A stretch of DNA of 64,000 nt from an uncultured bacterium (GCA_964442615.1 CAYUAG010000001.1:464-64463); one strand, 5' to 3'. Shown: positions 48,380 to 58,900, numbered from the stretch's first letter. Numbers and translations: made by a program. The notes: generated by a model from the letters alone, not told the origin.

Positions 48380-49390
48380 ATGAAAGAGGCAAGACTTTAT
48401 CATAAAAAGAAAGACAATAGTGTAGAGTGTGTTACCTGTGCACATAGATGTAAAATAAAAACAGGTAGACGAGGTATATGTGGTGTCAGAGAGAATAGAG
48501 AAGGAACCCTCTATTCTCTGGTGTATGGGAAAACAATTGCTGCTAATACTGATCCCATTGAAAAGAAACCTTTATTTCATTTTTTACCTGGGACCCTTTC
48601 ATTTTCTATTGCAACCGCAGGATGTAATATGCATTGTAAACATTGTCAGAATGCTGATATTTCTCAGATGCCGAGAGAGATTGGCAGAATAGTGGGGCAG
48701 AATTTTTTACCTGAACAGATTGTCCAAACCGCCTTAAAAAATAAATGCAAAACAATTGCCTATACCTATACTGAACCTTCAATATTCTGGGATTATGCCT
48801 ATGATACAGCAAAACTGGCGCACGAGAAGGAGTTAAAAAATGTATTTGTAACAAATGGTTATTTTTCTGAGGAATCTTTCAAAGAGATATCAGAGTATAT
48901 GGATGGGGCAAATGTTGATTTGAAGTCATTTAATAATGAAACCTATAAAAAAATATGTGGTGCAAACTTAAAACCAGTACTGGATACTATTGAGAGAATG
49001 AAGGTCTCTGGTGTCTGGGTAGAGGTAACTACTCTTTTAATTCCGGATTTGAATGATTCCAAAGAGGAGTTAGAAAAGATAGCAAAATTTATAAAAGAGT
49101 GTGATTCTGCTATTCCCTGGCATGTCAGCCGTTTTTATCCCACTTACAAAATGCTTGATAAACCCCCAACACCTGTGAATTCAATATGGAGAGCTATGGA
49201 GATAGGATATGAGGCTGGGTTACATTTTGTGTATGCAGGTAATGTAAGGGGTGATCAGGGAGAAAACACATTTTGTCATTCATGTGGAGCCTGTCTTATC
49301 CGAAGAATTGGATTTGAAGTTACTGATAATGTAATCAGAGATGGAAAATGTCCTGAATGCGAAACTGTAATTGAAGGAGTGTGGAATTAA
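48380..49390 (+). CDS. AmmeMemoRadiSam-system radical SAM enzyme (AmrS-like)
   Basis: N-terminal CVTCAHRCKI...GICG zinc-ribbon-like segment, radical SAM motif CNMHCKHCQN and C-terminal CHSCGA...CPEC. Start placed at MKEARLYH. Confidence 0.8.
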   Translation: MKEARLYHKKKDNSVECVTCAHRCKIKTGRRGICGVRENREGTLYSLVYGKTIAANTDPIEKKPLFHFLPGTLSFSIATAGCNMHCKHCQNADISQMPREIGRIVGQNFLPEQIVQTALKNKCKTIAYTYTEPSIFWDYAYDTAKLAHEKELKNVFVTNGYFSEESFKEISEYMDGANVDLKSFNNETYKKICGANLKPVLDTIERMKVSGVWVEVTTLLIPDLNDSKEELEKIAKFIKECDSAIPWHVSRFYPTYKMLDKPPTPVNSIWRAMEIGYEAGLHFVYAGNVRGDQGENTFCHSCGACLIRRIGFEVTDNVIRDGKCPECETVIEGVWN

Positions 49391-49494
49391 AAATTGATTT
49401 TTTAAAAGTTGATAAGTTAGTATTGTTAGAACCTTCTGTAGTTAATTAGTAACTCAGTCAAGGAAATGTAGGACGCCTATAGAAAAGGGGATTT

Positions 49495-50691
49495 ATGATA
49501 CAACCAAAAGTATTTTACCGAGAACTGGATATGATTCTTTCCAAAATAAGGGAAGAGAAATCTCATGATAATTTTTTCTTTACAATTTTAAATGAAATAC
49601 ATGAAAAATTTGGAGAATCGCTGAATATTATTAACAGCCATATCTATGAGAAAAGAGGGGATGATTATATACTAGTTGATTCTATTAATAAAGAATCAGT
49701 TAGTATAAAGAAAAGAATTCCCATTAATAGTGAGACCATAAAACAGATATCAAGGAATGGATGTATGATTTATGATAAACTGCTTTATATCAAAGATTTT
49801 GATTTTGGAATTGATTATGAAAAAATTACTCCAGCAGCTATTTATGTACACACACCAGTTAAGAGATGGATATTTATTTTTGAATTGAGTATGGGGTGGA
49901 GTTATGAGGAGATAACTTTGTTTCTAAATGCTCTGCGAACTGCTCTTAACTACAGATTATTTTCTCAAATGATGGAAAGTGATATAAAGAGAGCAGAACA
50001 GATACAGAAAAGTCTTCTACCAAGGGAAGTACCGAATTATAAAGGTTTTGATATATATGGTCATTCTCAGCCTGCAGAATATGTTGGTGGTGATTTTTTT
50101 GAATATTTTTATTTTAGTGAACATAACTTTGGTGTCAGTATAGGCGATGCGAGCGGACACGGTTTACCTGCAGCTCTCCTGGTAAGGGATGTAGTTGTGG
50201 GATTGCGCATGGGTTTGACAGAAGAGATGCGGCTGGTATATACTATTAGAAAATTAAACAAAGTTATTCAAAAAAGTACTTACGCTACAAGTTTTGTTTC
50301 CCTTTTTGTTGGTGAGATTGAGAATGGTGATCATTTGTTTTATGTAAATGCCGGGCATCCTCCACCTTTTGTTGTTTCCGGAGATAAAGTTAATAACTTA
50401 GAGGCAACAGGAATAACCTTAGGATTTATGCCAGAAATTGAGCTACAGCGTAATTTTTTACTTTTAGAAAAAAAATCATTACTGGTTTTGTATACTGATG
50501 GTTTAGTTGAACGGGAAGGAGAATCAGGAGAACAGTTTGGAGAGGAAAGATTACAGCACACAGTTATAAAAAATCAAGATAAGAGTGCAGAGGAGATAGT
50601 ACAACTAATTTTTAAAGAAGTTTTTGAGTTTGGGAATAAGAAAAACTGGAATGATGATGTTACCTTAGTAGTTATGAAAAAAATTGAATAA
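49495..50691 (+). CDS. PP2C/SpoIIE-family serine phosphatase with an N-terminal GAF-like sensory region
   Basis: AEQIQKSLLP...GGDFFEYF...IGDASGHGLPAALL...YTDGLVE...NDDVTLVVMK. Confidence 0.8.
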   Translation: MIQPKVFYRELDMILSKIREEKSHDNFFFTILNEIHEKFGESLNIINSHIYEKRGDDYILVDSINKESVSIKKRIPINSETIKQISRNGCMIYDKLLYIKDFDFGIDYEKITPAAIYVHTPVKRWIFIFELSMGWSYEEITLFLNALRTALNYRLFSQMMESDIKRAEQIQKSLLPREVPNYKGFDIYGHSQPAEYVGGDFFEYFYFSEHNFGVSIGDASGHGLPAALLVRDVVVGLRMGLTEEMRLVYTIRKLNKVIQKSTYATSFVSLFVGEIENGDHLFYVNAGHPPPFVVSGDKVNNLEATGITLGFMPEIELQRNFLLLEKKSLLVLYTDGLVEREGESGEQFGEERLQHTVIKNQDKSAEEIVQLIFKEVFEFGNKKNWNDDVTLVVMKKIE

Positions 50692-50700
50692 TTTTTTTTC

Positions 50701-50729
50701 TTGCATATTTCAAGTAAAATAAATATACT
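50701..50729 (+). promoter_or_regulatory. Sigma-70-type promoter candidate (TTGCAT-N17-TATACT)
   Basis: TTGCAT at 50701..50706, a 17-nt spacer and TATACT at 50724..50729. Confidence 0.5.
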
Positions 50730-50759
50730 ATAAAAAATATTATTACTTAAGAGATTATT

Positions 50760-51074
50760 ATGAATAAGAAAGTATTTATTATAAATATAATCATTTTTCT
50801 GCTATTTTGTAGTTGTTCCTTATTTAAGACTGATAATACAAACTCAGCAATTAAGGGTAGAGTTTATATTACTGGAAATGAACCTTTTACCCGCCTTGCC
50901 TTGGAAGATAAAAAAGGGAGAATTTTTTATCTTACCTGTGATGAGAAGGTGAAAAAGGAACTTTGGAAATTTCAGGGTAAAGCAGTATTGATTTATTATA
51001 CCGAAATTCTAAGAAATAAAGCTGGAAAATTTATTAAAGTAATTAAATATGAGCTTATTGATAAGGAGAAATAA
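50760..51074 (+). CDS. Small lipoprotein (104 aa), uncharacterised
   Basis: Lipobox LLFCSC. It ends 1 nt before the metalloprotease start codon. Confidence 0.5.
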   Translation: MNKKVFIINIIIFLLFCSCSLFKTDNTNSAIKGRVYITGNEPFTRLALEDKKGRIFYLTCDEKVKKELWKFQGKAVLIYYTEILRNKAGKFIKVIKYELIDKEK

Positions 51075-51075
51075 G

Positions 51076-53343
51076 ATGAAAAAGGATTATTATTTATTAG
51101 GATTTTTGTTTTTTCTTTTAATGACTGTCTTAGTAAATGCTCAGGATAAAACGATGTTTAAGAAAGCAGAATTGGCAAAAGAAAGTGTTCTCCTAAAAAA
51201 AGAATTACAAGCAATACCCGGTTCCTTTGTTTTGTATGAGCAAGAAAGGAAATTAGCAGAATATATTAAAAATCATCCTGAAATTATGGAAAAGCAAAAA
51301 CTGCATAAAAGCTATGCCTGGAATTTTCAAGTAGGAGATACCCGTACCTGGTGGGCAACCAATATGCGTACCATGACTGAGTATGAAGTAGAGTCAACTT
51401 GTCGGGCAGTGGGAGAGTACTGTTATGTATTTGTTCAGGATTCACAGTGGGTAGATGGAGAAAACAGCAGAGTAAATCAAGCAGCGGTTGATTCCATAAA
51501 GAAGTATTTTGACTCCTGTACTCCTATAGATCCGAATAAAGGAATTTATGAGATAGATGTGGAAACATTCGGTACTCCTCCTGATTTTGATAATGATCCT
51601 AAAATAATAATTTTAGTTTTGGATATTCAGGATGCTTTTGCTGCTGGAAGTGGTTGGGTTGGAGGTTATTTCTATTCTTTAAACCAATATGCAGATGGAA
51701 CATTTTCGGGACGGAGAAGTAATGAGGCAGAAATTTACTATATTGATTCGGATCCTACTGATTTAAATGATAGCAGCGGATTAACTGATGCTTTGAGTAC
51801 AACTGCTCATGAGTTTCAGCATATGATACACTGGGGAAAAGATAATGATGAATTAACCTTTGTTGATGAGGGATGTGCTACTGCTGCTGAAGTGGTATGC
51901 GGATTTTCAATATATTCCCAGGGATATTTTACTAGTAATCCTAATAGATATCTTTTTGAATGGGCTGGGAGTAGCAGTGAGGAGGTCTTTCAAGATTATG
52001 CCCGTTCTGCCCGCTGGACAGTTTATTTAGATGAACAATTCCCTAATAACTATTTACATAAGCTTGTGGCAGAATCTAAAAATGGTATAGATGGTATTGA
52101 TGAAGCTTTAAAATCTTATACTCCTTCTACATCCAGAAGATTTCTTGATATTTTTGAAGACTGGTGTGTGGCAAATTATCTTAATGATAAAACTGTAGAT
52201 AATACCTATGGGTATGATTATTCTCCCCTACCTGCGGTTGATCCGGAAAATACGTATATAGATCCGAATGTTTCTACCATCCAGGATACAGTACAAAATT
52301 TAGCAGCCCAGTATATATGTTTCAAGGGAGGAAGAGACCTTTCCATTACCTTTAATACTTTATCTTCAAGTTTGGTAGTAAAAGCTTTAAAAATTGGGAG
52401 TACTGTTGTGGATGATGTCCCCTTAAATTCAGAATATACTGTTCCTGATTTTGGCACTACTTATTCTGAAGTAACCTTTGTGGTGATAAATAAAAATGAT
52501 TTTTCAGATGCAATATATACCTACACTGCTTCGGGAAAAGCATCCCAGGAAGCTCAGGAGATAGCCTATGATGATGGAATACCAGAAGGATATCTATCAT
52601 TATCTGTTGGTGATACAATTGCAGTGGTTTTTGAGGGGCTGATAGGCACAACTCTTGACAGTGTATGGATTGCATTTAGAAGAGCTGGTACAATAACCAT
52701 GGGAATTAATAGTTACTCTGCTATGAGTTTGTTAGGGCAGGAAATAATATCACCTATTCAAGTACAATGTGCAACTGAGACTTCTACTCCTTATCCTGTT
52801 CCCTATGAAAACTGGGTAACAGTGGATTTAACCTCCTACACTATTGATGCAGGTTCTGACTATGTTATCTGGTTTGAAGTGACTAATTCCGATGCACCAG
52901 CAGTTATGCTTAGCAGTGAATCTGATAATGGTGATTACCATAGTTATACTTATTCACATGATCATGGGAAATGGGTTATATATGGTGATGGGCAAGGGAA
53001 TATTTATAATTATTTAGTTCATTCCTATTTAGGGATATCTACAGCAGTGGATAATGATGAATCATTATCAAATATCCCTAATGAGTATTCTTTATCTCAG
53101 AACTGTCCCAATCCCTTTAATCCGGTAACAACCATAAAATATGGATTACCAAAATCAGGACATGTTAATTTAGTAGTTTATGACATTAGGGGAAGAGAAG
53201 TGATGCATCTCATTGATGAAGTCAAGAGAGCAGGATTTCATTCAATTGATTTTGATGGTTCCCGATTTGCAAATGGATTGTATTTTTATCGTTTAAAGAG
53301 CGAGAACTTCCAGAAAATAAGAAAGATGATGATCATTAAATAG
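51076..53343 (+). CDS. Secreted HExxH zinc metalloprotease with a T9SS C-terminal sorting domain
   Basis: Start at MKKDYYLLGFLFFLL (signal peptide). Zinc motif TAHEFQHMIHW. The C-terminus is NCPNPFNPVTTIKYGLPKSGHVNLVVYDIRGREV...GLYFYRLKSENFQKIRKMMIIK (TIGR04183-like). Confidence 0.75.
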   Translation: MKKDYYLLGFLFFLLMTVLVNAQDKTMFKKAELAKESVLLKKELQAIPGSFVLYEQERKLAEYIKNHPEIMEKQKLHKSYAWNFQVGDTRTWWATNMRTMTEYEVESTCRAVGEYCYVFVQDSQWVDGENSRVNQAAVDSIKKYFDSCTPIDPNKGIYEIDVETFGTPPDFDNDPKIIILVLDIQDAFAAGSGWVGGYFYSLNQYADGTFSGRRSNEAEIYYIDSDPTDLNDSSGLTDALSTTAHEFQHMIHWGKDNDELTFVDEGCATAAEVVCGFSIYSQGYFTSNPNRYLFEWAGSSSEEVFQDYARSARWTVYLDEQFPNNYLHKLVAESKNGIDGIDEALKSYTPSTSRRFLDIFEDWCVANYLNDKTVDNTYGYDYSPLPAVDPENTYIDPNVSTIQDTVQNLAAQYICFKGGRDLSITFNTLSSSLVVKALKIGSTVVDDVPLNSEYTVPDFGTTYSEVTFVVINKNDFSDAIYTYTASGKASQEAQEIAYDDGIPEGYLSLSVGDTIAVVFEGLIGTTLDSVWIAFRRAGTITMGINSYSAMSLLGQEIISPIQVQCATETSTPYPVPYENWVTVDLTSYTIDAGSDYVIWFEVTNSDAPAVMLSSESDNGDYHSYTYSHDHGKWVIYGDGQGNIYNYLVHSYLGISTAVDNDESLSNIPNEYSLSQNCPNPFNPVTTIKYGLPKSGHVNLVVYDIRGREVMHLIDEVKRAGFHSIDFDGSRFANGLYFYRLKSENFQKIRKMMIIK

Positions 53344-53378
53344 AGTTGATTTTTTTGTCGTGTTTAGCTTGGATTATT

Positions 53379-53536
53379 CATAAATAATTGCCACTAAGGT
53401 ACTAAGGTCACAAAGAAACTAATGAATAAAAAAAATTATTGTTAAGATTATTTTATTATTTATCATTAAACATCATAAATTCATATTTTACTGATATTTA
53501 GTTTCTTTGAGCCTTGGTGGCTATGATTTATTCAGG
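53379..53536 (+). repeat. Long imperfect hairpin with a stuttered word (ACTAAGGT doubled in one arm)
   Basis: cataaataattgccactaaggtactaaggtcacaaagaaactaa pairs with ttagtttctttgagccttggtggctatgatttattcagg. A 12-bp perfect block (caaagaaactaa) adjoins the loop. The loop is about 75 nt. Confidence 0.6.
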
Positions 53537-53559
53537 TTAGAAAAGTTTATTCATAGGCT

Positions 53560-53740
53560 GAGAATTAATTGCTACTGAGGGTCAATGTGACTTTGTTGAT
53601 AGAAGTTAGAGAATTTTTAACTATAACTAGTAGATAACTTTATTTTTTATATCTCTGAATCTAACTTCTAACTTCTAACTTCTAACTTCTAACTTCTAAC
53701 CTCTAACCTCCAATAACTTAGCAGCAATAATTCATTAATA
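53560..53740 (+). repeat. Second long imperfect hairpin; its 3' arm contains the heptamer array
   Basis: gaattaattgctactgag pairs with cttagcagcaataattc, and gatagaagttagaga pairs with the ctaacttct words. Confidence 0.5.
53661..53709 (+). repeat. Tandem heptamer repeat (CTAACTT x5, CTAACCT x2)
   Basis: Read directly from the sequence: 7 contiguous 7-nt units. Confidence 0.95.
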
Positions 53741-53761
53741 TTCCAGGATAATTATAGATAG

Positions 53762-54791
53762 ATGAGTATTGCAAGTAGAAAATCTGATCATATTAAAATA
53801 TGCTTGAATGAAGAAGTACAATTTAAAAATAAAACCACTGGATTTGAAGAGTATGATTTTATTCACTGTGCTCTGCCGGAAATGGAATTAAAGGATATTG
53901 ATACTGAAATAGAAATCTTCGGAAGAATTCTCTCATTTCCATTTTTTATAGGGGCTATCACCGGGGGATGGGAGGGTGCATTTGAAATAAACAAATCCCT
54001 TGCTCAGGTGTGTAAAAGAGAGGGAATCGGTTTAGAGGGTGGAAGCCAGAGAAGTATACTTGAAAATGAGAGATATATTGATTCCTACAGAATAATACGA
54101 AAAGAAGCTCCTCATTCATTAGTGATTGGCAATATTGGAGCTGTTCAGACAGTTCAATACCAGAATATTGATGAATTAAAGAGACTTGTAGATGTTATTC
54201 AAGCTGATGCACTCACTGTTTATCTCAATCCTTTACAGGAAGTATTACAATCGTCAAAAGAAGTTAATTTTAAAGGTGTTTTAGAGGGAATTGAAAGACT
54301 GGTGCGTTCTTTAGAAGTTCCCTTGATAGTTAAAGAAGTTGGATCTGGTATATCCACCCAGGTTGCACAAAAACTTGCAGATGTGGGAGTAAAGTATATC
54401 AATATTGCAGGTGCAGGAGGAACATCTTGGGCTGGAGTAGAATCATTTAGGAACAGAAGTGATTTGGCAGAGAGGTTTTGGGATTGGGGAATACCCACGG
54501 CAAAAAGTATTACCATGGTAAAAAAGGTTAAGGTCGTTAACATTATTGCTTCAGGAGGAGTAGCAAATGGACTTGATATGGCAAAAGCATTAGCTCTTGG
54601 TTCCAGAGTGCGGTAGTTCTGCTTTACCCATACTAAAGATATTACATAAAAAGGATAATATGGGAGTTATAAAGATAATTAGACAGTGGAGAAAAGAATT
54701 AAAAATTGCCATGCTTTTAACTGGGAGTAGTAATGTAAATGAGATTATGCGTAAAGGAGTTTTGGAATATATTGGTAATAGATGTGTCTAA
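53762..54791 (+). pseudogene. fni: Type 2 isopentenyl-diphosphate delta-isomerase (IDI-2), frameshifted near 54605
   Basis: ORF 53762..54616 matches IDI-2 through ...IIASGGVANGLDMAKALALGS. The expected continuation ECGSSALPILKIL...WRKELKIAMLLTGSSNVNEI is in the +1 frame (ORF 54597..54791). Removing one nucleotide around 54605 restores a colinear protein. Confidence 0.8.
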
Positions 54792-55060
54792 TCTAAAAAT
54801 TAATAATTACATGAATTTAACTAATTTTATAATTAATAAATTCAATAAAATCAATTTGTGATTAATCTTCCTTTTTGATTGGCGCCATAGATAAATAAAT
54901 ATTAAAACTGAGGTGGAGTCATTTATGCTGTAATAATTGAAAAGATTGACAGATAGTTAGAAAGTTTTTGCATATCTAGGGCAAATGAAAATTCCTAGAA
55001 ACTTGTGTGACTATATAGATGAGATTATATTCAGGTTTTAAATAAAAAAGGATACATTAA

Positions 55061-56035
55061 TTGTTTAATGAAAATATTAGTAAATATATAAAAAAAGTAG
55101 AGCATGAGATTGAAAAAATATTTTTTGATCGAAAACCAGACATTCTTTATTTACCCATGTATTATTTACTTACAGCTGGGGGTAAGAGGATCAGACCTAT
55201 TCTGCTGATTTTTAGTTGTGGAGCAGTTGGTGGTAAGGTTGAAGATTGTATCAATGCAGCAGTAGCAGTAGAGTTACTTCATACCTTTACTCTTGTTCAT
55301 GATGATATAATGGACAAGGATGAGCTTCGTAGAGGGATGAAGACAGTTCATAAGAAATGGGATGATTCCACAGCAATATTAGCTGGAGATGGTCTGGTCA
55401 CCATTGCCTATCAAACTCTTTTAAAAACAAGAAGTAATAAGATCAAAGAGATTATAGAATGTTTTACTAATGGTCTATTAATTTTATGTGAAGGTCAGGC
55501 TTTGGATAAAGAATATGAAGAAAAAGATAATGTTACTTTGAAACAGTATGAGGATATGATTGAACGCAAAACTGCCAAGTTGATAGAAGTCTCTTGTTTA
55601 ATTGGAGGGATGATCGGTAAAGCGACTGCATATGAGATGGATAAATTACAAAAATTTTCATTTTCCCTTGGAAAAGCATTCCAAATCCAGGATGATCTTT
55701 TAGATGTAATGTCCCATAAAGATATTGCAGGAAAACCTGTTGGCAGTGATATACTGGCAAAAAAAAAGACATATTTAACAATTCATTTTCTTAAGAATTG
55801 TAAACCCAAGGATGGGAATGCATTTATTGCTATTTGGGGAAAAAAGAAAATTTTAAAATCGGATATTCAAAATATTAAAGAGTTTTTTGTTAAATCAGGA
55901 ACAATTTCAGCTGCAAAAAAAGAAGTAGATAGATTGATTAAAGAATCGATAAATAATCTACATTGTTTGAATAATTCAGAAATGAGAGATCGGTTAGAAA
56001 CAGTAGTCCAGAAAATAAAGAAAAGAAATTCATAA
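55061..56035 (+). CDS. Polyprenyl diphosphate synthase (FPP/GGPP synthase family)
   Basis: First DDxxD motif LVHDDIMD, second FQIQDDLLD, GKRIRP near the N-terminus. TTG start. Confidence 0.9.
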   Translation: MFNENISKYIKKVEHEIEKIFFDRKPDILYLPMYYLLTAGGKRIRPILLIFSCGAVGGKVEDCINAAVAVELLHTFTLVHDDIMDKDELRRGMKTVHKKWDDSTAILAGDGLVTIAYQTLLKTRSNKIKEIIECFTNGLLILCEGQALDKEYEEKDNVTLKQYEDMIERKTAKLIEVSCLIGGMIGKATAYEMDKLQKFSFSLGKAFQIQDDLLDVMSHKDIAGKPVGSDILAKKKTYLTIHFLKNCKPKDGNAFIAIWGKKKILKSDIQNIKEFFVKSGTISAAKKEVDRLIKESINNLHCLNNSEMRDRLETVVQKIKKRNS

Positions 56036-56376
56036 GAAATAATTAATTCATATATTATAGAGTGGTCTATAAAAAGAAAAAATATCAGAGAGTATTCAAA
56101 GTAACATAAGTGTATGTAGTGGTTTAAATTATTTTTTATTATTACCTTGTGATTTTTTTATTTTTTTTTAATCATCTGAGGTTTTTTTTAAATTAAATTT
56201 TTTGAACTCCACCAAGGAAAAATTTACAGAACTTGTGAGAATCTACAAACTGTAATAAAAAAAGATCCCTTGCTATCTTGAAAGATTTATTAATGTATGT
56301 ATTAAATATGCTGGATTTGTTAGTGTTACAACAATATGGGAATTATTTTATAATATAACGTTTTTTAAATGCCTTC

Positions 56377-56405
56377 TTGAATTATTATTAAATATTTAGT
56401 ATATT
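56377..56405 (+). promoter_or_regulatory. Sigma-70-type promoter candidate (TTGAAT-N17-TATATT)
   Basis: TTGAAT at 56377..56382, a 17-nt spacer and TATATT at 56400..56405, about 20 nt upstream of ptsH. Confidence 0.5.
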
Positions 56406-56426
56406 AATAAATTTAAGAGGTTATAG

Positions 56427-56693
56427 ATGATAGAAGAAATGTTGGTCATTAAAAATGAAATGGGACTTCATGCCAGGCCTTCTGCAGTTTTTGTAGAGAT
56501 TGCCTCCCAGTATGAATCTGATATTATAGTTGGCAAAGAAGGTCTGGAAGTAAATGGTAAAAGTATAATGGGTTTACTTATGCTTGCTGCAGAAAAAGGG
56601 AGTAAGATTCTTTTAAGAGTCAATGGTGAAGATGAAAAATCTGCATTTAATGAATTGAAGAAATTTTTAGATGGAAAATGTAATGAGGATTAA
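56427..56693 (+). CDS. ptsH: HPr phosphocarrier protein
   Basis: GLHARPSA with His15 and KSIMG with Ser46. 88 aa. Confidence 0.9.
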   Translation: MIEEMLVIKNEMGLHARPSAVFVEIASQYESDIIVGKEGLEVNGKSIMGLLMLAAEKGSKILLRVNGEDEKSAFNELKKFLDGKCNED

Positions 56694-56697
56694 TTGA

Positions 56698-57762
56698 GTG
56701 ATTGATGAAAAGACAATAAAAAAAGTTGATAAGAGCGGGATGTTAAAAAATATCACCGAATTCCCCCAACAATTACAACGTGGATGGAATATTGGTATTA
56801 AGGGATCAATTTCATTGAAATTATCAGATATTAACTCAATTGTATTTAGTGGTATGGGGGGATCTGCCATTGCTGGTGATTTGGTAAAAAGGATTGTAAA
56901 AGAAATCCCTGTACCATTTGTTGTTAATAGAAGTTATACAGTTCCTTATTTTACTAATTCTAAGACACTTTTTATTGCTTCCAGTTATTCTGGAAATACT
57001 GAAGAAACCTTATCAGCACTGAAAAAAGCAATTAAACAGAGATGTTATATAATCTGTATTACATCAGGAGGTAAAGTTGAATCCATGGGACGGGATAATT
57101 GTTTCTCGGTTTATCTTATGGAGAAAGGGTATCAACCCAGAGCTGCCTTAGGTTTCAGCCTTGGTATAGTTATTTCAGTTTTAAATAAGATTGGATTTAA
57201 AACAATTTCTGAAAAAGATATTGATAAAACAGCTCTTTTTTTAAAAGATAAAATTAAAGAGTGGAAAGAATTTTCTAGTAGTAAAAATGTACCACTGAAA
57301 CTTGCTGAGAAAATAAAGGGGAAAATTCCTCTGATCTATGGTTCTGTTGATACCTGTAATGCAGTTGCACTTCGCTGGAAGACGCAGTTTAATGAAAATA
57401 GTAAAACTCATGCTTTCTCCCAACCATTCTCAGAGATGAATCATAATGAAATAGTGGGATGGGAAGTTCTTCCCGCCACCCAAATTTTTTTTTCACATCT
57501 TTGTGCTATTTTTCTCAGAACTAAAGAGGATTTTAATAGAAATTTTTACCGTATGGATATAACAAAATCACTGATAGGTGAAGCGGGTGTTGATATTATA
57601 GACATTGAAGCTCAGGGATTTTCACTCTTCAGCAGATTGATGTATCTGGTATTACTGGGAGATATTATTAGTTTTTATTTAGCTGTTTTATACGGTGTTG
57701 ATCCAACAGAGATCAAAAAAATTAATGTATTGAAAAAGGAATTAAATAAAAAAAGGAGTTGA
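56698..57762 (+). CDS. Bifunctional phosphoglucose/phosphomannose isomerase (SIS-domain, archaeal-type PGI/PMI)
   Basis: [22 protein letters not shown] and a C-terminal PGI/PMI domain pattern (NENSKTHAF...[11 protein letters not shown]). Confidence 0.75.
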   Translation: MIDEKTIKKVDKSGMLKNITEFPQQLQRGWNIGIKGSISLKLSDINSIVFSGMGGSAIAGDLVKRIVKEIPVPFVVNRSYTVPYFTNSKTLFIASSYSGNTEETLSALKKAIKQRCYIICITSGGKVESMGRDNCFSVYLMEKGYQPRAALGFSLGIVISVLNKIGFKTISEKDIDKTALFLKDKIKEWKEFSSSKNVPLKLAEKIKGKIPLIYGSVDTCNAVALRWKTQFNENSKTHAFSQPFSEMNHNEIVGWEVLPATQIFFSHLCAIFLRTKEDFNRNFYRMDITKSLIGEAGVDIIDIEAQGFSLFSRLMYLVLLGDIISFYLAVLYGVDPTEIKKINVLKKELNKKRS

Positions 57763-57763
57763 A

Positions 57764-58900
57764 ATGGGAATAAAATATTTTTCCTCAGAATCTGTAACTG
57801 AAGGTCATCCTGATAAGATGTGTGATCAGATTTCAGATGCTATTCTTGATGCAGCAATCAAGGATGATCCTTACAGTCGGGTAGCATGTGAAACATTTAT
57901 AACCACAGGTATGGTGCTTGTTGGTGGAGAAATAACAACTGAAACCTATGTTGATGTACCAGGGCTTTTACGAAAAATAATTCATGATATTGGTTATACA
58001 AATCCTCACTTTGGATTTGACTATGAAAGCTGTGCAATATTGAATACAATTCAGGAACAATCACCTGATATTGCCTTGGGAGTAGATCAACAGGGTGCTG
58101 GAGATCAGGGATTGATGTTTGGTTATGCAATAAATGAGACAAAGGAGTTAATGCCTCTTCCCATAGATTTAGCTCATAAGTTAACAAAAAGATTATCTCA
58201 AGTTAGAAGAAATGGTATTATCTCATACTTAAGACCAGATGGAAAGAGTGAAGTAACTATAATGTATGACAATGACAAACCGTTAAAAGTTACCTCTGTA
58301 ATTATAGCCGCTCAGCATGATCCTGAACCATCTATGGATACAATACGGAATGATATTATTAAACATGTAATTAAACCTGTGATTCCGGATGATTTATTTG
58401 ATGAGAATGATATCAAATACTATATTAATCCAACTGGAAGATTTGTTCGTGGTGGCCCTCATGGTGATACAGGGTTAACCGGAAGGAAGATCATAGTTGA
58501 TACCTATGGTGGACGTGGTAGTCATGGTGGGGGAGCATTTTCCGGTAAAGATCCAACTAAGGTTGACAGATCTGCCTCATATGCAGCACGCTGGGTTGCT
58601 AAAAATATTGTTGCAGCTGATCTTGCTAAAGAGTGTGAAGTACAGTTAGCTTATGCAATTGGTGTAAAAGAACCTATTTCCATCTATATAGATACTTTTG
58701 GAACCGGGAAAGTATCAGATGACGAACTAGTAAAAAAAGTAAACAAAGTTTTTGATTTAACCCCTGCAGGTATGATTGAAGCCCTTGATCTGCGAAAACC
58801 AAAGTATCAAAAAACCGCTGTTTTTGGACATTTTGGACGTAATGAACCAGAATTCCTTTGGGAAAAGACTAATCGTATTGAGGAGTTGTTAAAAGCTTAA
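57764..58900 (+). CDS. metK: S-adenosylmethionine synthetase
   Basis: [51 protein letters not shown]. Confidence 0.97.
   Translation: MGIKYFSSESVTEGHPDKMCDQISDAILDAAIKDDPYSRVACETFITTGMVLVGGEITTETYVDVPGLLRKIIHDIGYTNPHFGFDYESCAILNTIQEQSPDIALGVDQQGAGDQGLMFGYAINETKELMPLPIDLAHKLTKRLSQVRRNGIISYLRPDGKSEVTIMYDNDKPLKVTSVIIAAQHDPEPSMDTIRNDIIKHVIKPVIPDDLFDENDIKYYINPTGRFVRGGPHGDTGLTGRKIIVDTYGGRGSHGGGAFSGKDPTKVDRSASYAARWVAKNIVAADLAKECEVQLAYAIGVKEPISIYIDTFGTGKVSDDELVKKVNKVFDLTPAGMIEALDLRKPKYQKTAVFGHFGRNEPEFLWEKTNRIEELLKA

Noticed and set aside
48380-49390. Complete AmmeMemoRadiSam system
   Set aside because: Only the radical SAM component is present in the window. No AMMECR1 or Memo homolog is adjacent, so no system-level claim is made.
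53661-53709. CRISPR array
   Set aside because: The only regular repeats are contiguous 7-nt units without spacers. The long hairpins are inverted repeats and not direct repeats. No cas genes are present in the window.
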